DNA of 48,877 bases from positions 1 to 48,877 of the forward strand of contig CAZRPZ010000045.1 of NCBI GenBank assembly GCA_964602215.1, written 5' to 3'. Each line of letters starts with the position of its first letter. Within the stretch, counting starts at the first letter, position 1. Positions 47,491 through 48,877 of this stretch are shown one piece after another. The DNA is from an uncultured Isosphaeraceae bacterium. Its GTDB lineage: Bacteria; Planctomycetota; Phycisphaerae; Phycisphaerales; SM1A02. The position numbers and the translations under genes are program-made. The notes beneath the pieces are model-generated. The model was not told the origin of the DNA. It worked only from the letters and a program-made list of their open reading frames with translations, and did not search any database.

Positions 47491-48377
47491 CCGAGCCATT
47501 TGACCATCTCAAACTTTGTAAAGCAGATGCTGAGATGCTTGACCGTCTTGTTGATGTAGGTTTTGAACTTGATCAACTTGAATACTTGACTCCAGAGGAA
47601 GAACAACGAGCAAAAAGTATTCTTGCAATGCTTGGACTTCTAGAAGCGTACCCAGTTGAAGACGCTAGCAACACTCTCATCGATGCAACACTCGCTCGAA
47701 TTGACCAATATGAATCACAACGCACTGCTCGGATGAACATATCGACAGCAGAAATCGAACCATCGTCAAGTGGTTTTAGAATACGAATGCCCGACCTAAT
47801 ATCTGTTGCAGCGATGCTCCTCATTGCAGCTTCAGTTTTTATCATGATAAGTAAAGGTGCTCGCGAACAATCAAAACAACAAGAATGCGCAAGCAATATG
47901 GCAATGGTGGGACATGGTTTAGTGAAATATGCAAGAGAGCATGACGGCAACATGCCAACAACATCGGTGGCTTCACTTGGTTCATGGTTCGGTGGAAGTG
48001 CTCCAGAACGAACAGATGTTGAAACGCTTGCTGATGAAGGATACTGTGACCACGGTCACCTTCAGTGCCCCGGTCATGGCAGTGAAGGAAATGGATACAG
48101 TTACCAAACACAGTCTGCAGACATGTGGAATAACATTCGTTCACAGGGTCGCCTCTTTATAATCATTGCAGACCGCAATCCAATCCTTGATGATTTGTTA
48201 GCGGGCGGTAACCCAGACCCACTTACTTCTTCAACAAACCACGGTTCACTTGGACAAAACCACCTTCGTGATGACGGTTCAACCCCAATGTCTACACCAG
48301 CGCCCGTCATCGGCGGAGATATGATTTGGATTCTTGATGGCAAAAACAGTGGTATTGACATCTTCTTGACACATTGA
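47487..48377 (+). CDS. Anti-sigma factor with a pilin-like / DUF1559-like (H-X9-DG-like) extracytoplasmic part
   Basis: ATGA overlap with the sigma gene. Acidic N-terminal domain. Single TM helix in SGFRIRMPDLISVAAMLLIAASVFIMISKGAREQSKQQECASNMAMVGHGLVKY. C-terminal NHGSLGQNHLRDDGS. Confidence 0.65.
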   Translation: MTEPFDHLKLCKADAEMLDRLVDVGFELDQLEYLTPEEEQRAKSILAMLGLLEAYPVEDASNTLIDATLARIDQYESQRTARMNISTAEIEPSSSGFRIRMPDLISVAAMLLIAASVFIMISKGAREQSKQQECASNMAMVGHGLVKYAREHDGNMPTTSVASLGSWFGGSAPERTDVETLADEGYCDHGHLQCPGHGSEGNGYSYQTQSADMWNNIRSQGRLFIIIADRNPILDDLLAGGNPDPLTSSTNHGSLGQNHLRDDGSTPMSTPAPVIGGDMIWILDGKNSGIDIFLTH

Positions 48378-48391
48378 TTCCGCCCTAACCA

Positions 48392-48415
48392 CCGAAGGAC
48401 AATTCGGCGATTTTT
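48392..48415 (+). terminator. Weak hairpin plus T5 after the anti-sigma gene
   Basis: CCGAA-GGACAA-TTCGG, then CGA, then TTTTT. The stem is only 5 bp. Confidence 0.3.
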
Positions 48416-48451
48416 CTGTTACACTGCGTGGCTCGATTGGAGTTATTTGAT

Positions 48452-48664
48452 ATGTCAAAGTTAAAGTCACACAAAGGTCTATTAAAACGAGTTCGCGTTA
48501 CCGCGAAGGGAAAAGTGAAAGTTCGCCGAGCATTCGGCGGTCACCTTCGAAGCCACAAGTCAGGAAAACTGATGCGTTCGTACAGTGAACCGAATTTTGT
48601 TGGCAAAGCAGACATTAAACGAATTGGTGCGATGCTGAAATTGCGTGTAAAACCAAGCAATTAA
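48452..48664 (+). CDS. rpmI: 50S ribosomal protein L35
   Basis: MSKLKSHKGLLKRVRVTAKGKVKVRRAFGGHLRSHKS. The ATG is preceded by GGAG. Confidence 0.93.
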   Translation: MSKLKSHKGLLKRVRVTAKGKVKVRRAFGGHLRSHKSGKLMRSYSEPNFVGKADIKRIGAMLKLRVKPSN

Positions 48665-48756
48665 AAGTTAGCAACCAATCACCGCAACTGTTTGGCGGGC
48701 CGAAGTGTTTAATACGATGTTAAACCCCCGACCAGACGAAACAAAGGAGGCAACAC

Positions 48757-48877
48757 ATGCCACGCGTACGAAAAGGTGCCGCACGGAATAAGGCACGAAA
48801 ACGATTACTCAAAGCCGCTCGAGGGTATTGGGGAACAAAAAGCCGTCATAAACAACAAGCAAAAGTCGCGCTCACTC
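48757..48877 (+). CDS. rplT: 50S ribosomal protein L20, N-terminal fragment running off the window edge
   Basis: AAAGGAGG followed 6 nt later by an ATG. Translates to MPRVRKGAARNKARKRLLKAARGYWGTKSRHKQQAKVAL. Confidence 0.93.
   Translation, partial: MPRVRKGAARNKARKRLLKAARGYWGTKSRHKQQAKVALT

Overview
This window reads as ordinary chromosomal core DNA. By eye it is moderately AT-rich and densely packed with about 50 genes. I saw no transposase, phage gene, CRISPR array, rRNA or toxin-antitoxin pair.

Recognisable housekeeping genes:
- clpC, gyrA, surE, yebC and a XerC/D-type recombinase.
- nusA-infB-rbfA, without rimP, truB, rpsO or pnp.
- rpsP-trmD-rplS, without rimM.
- rpmI-rplT, without infC.
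- One tRNA-Lys(UUU).

Envelope and regulatory content:
- Two ECF sigma/anti-sigma pairs.
- LpxL-family and LpxI lipid A genes.
- A DsbD-like reductase, a LolDE-like ABC pair, an ExbD/TonB-like pair and a TolB-like beta-propeller.
- An Opp/Dpp-type ABC half-set.
- L-lysine 6-transaminase next to a FIST sensor protein.
- An SNF2 helicase with a SWIM zinc-finger partner.

The gene content points to a Planctomycetota/PVC-type bacterium. The signals are a DUF1559-like (H-X9-DG-like) segment, several ECF sigmas, LpxI, TPR proteins and lysine-rich tails. This is inference only.

I could not identify a clear-cut new mobile or defence system. The candidates most worth follow-up are:
1. An anti-sigma factor whose membrane and outer part looks pilin-like, sitting beside an M50 protease.
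2. The tRNA-Lys-abutting SNF2/SWIM module.
3. The 35-nt tandem repeat downstream of that module. Its GAC(A/T)GTCACGTCGAA core and GTGAC-N-GTCAC palindrome recur upstream of rpsP.
4. An endonuclease-III-like protein with a histone-H1-like tail at the truB position of the nusA operon.
5. A structured nusA leader with an intrinsic terminator.

All functional calls rest on motif reading of the translated ORFs. No database search was run.
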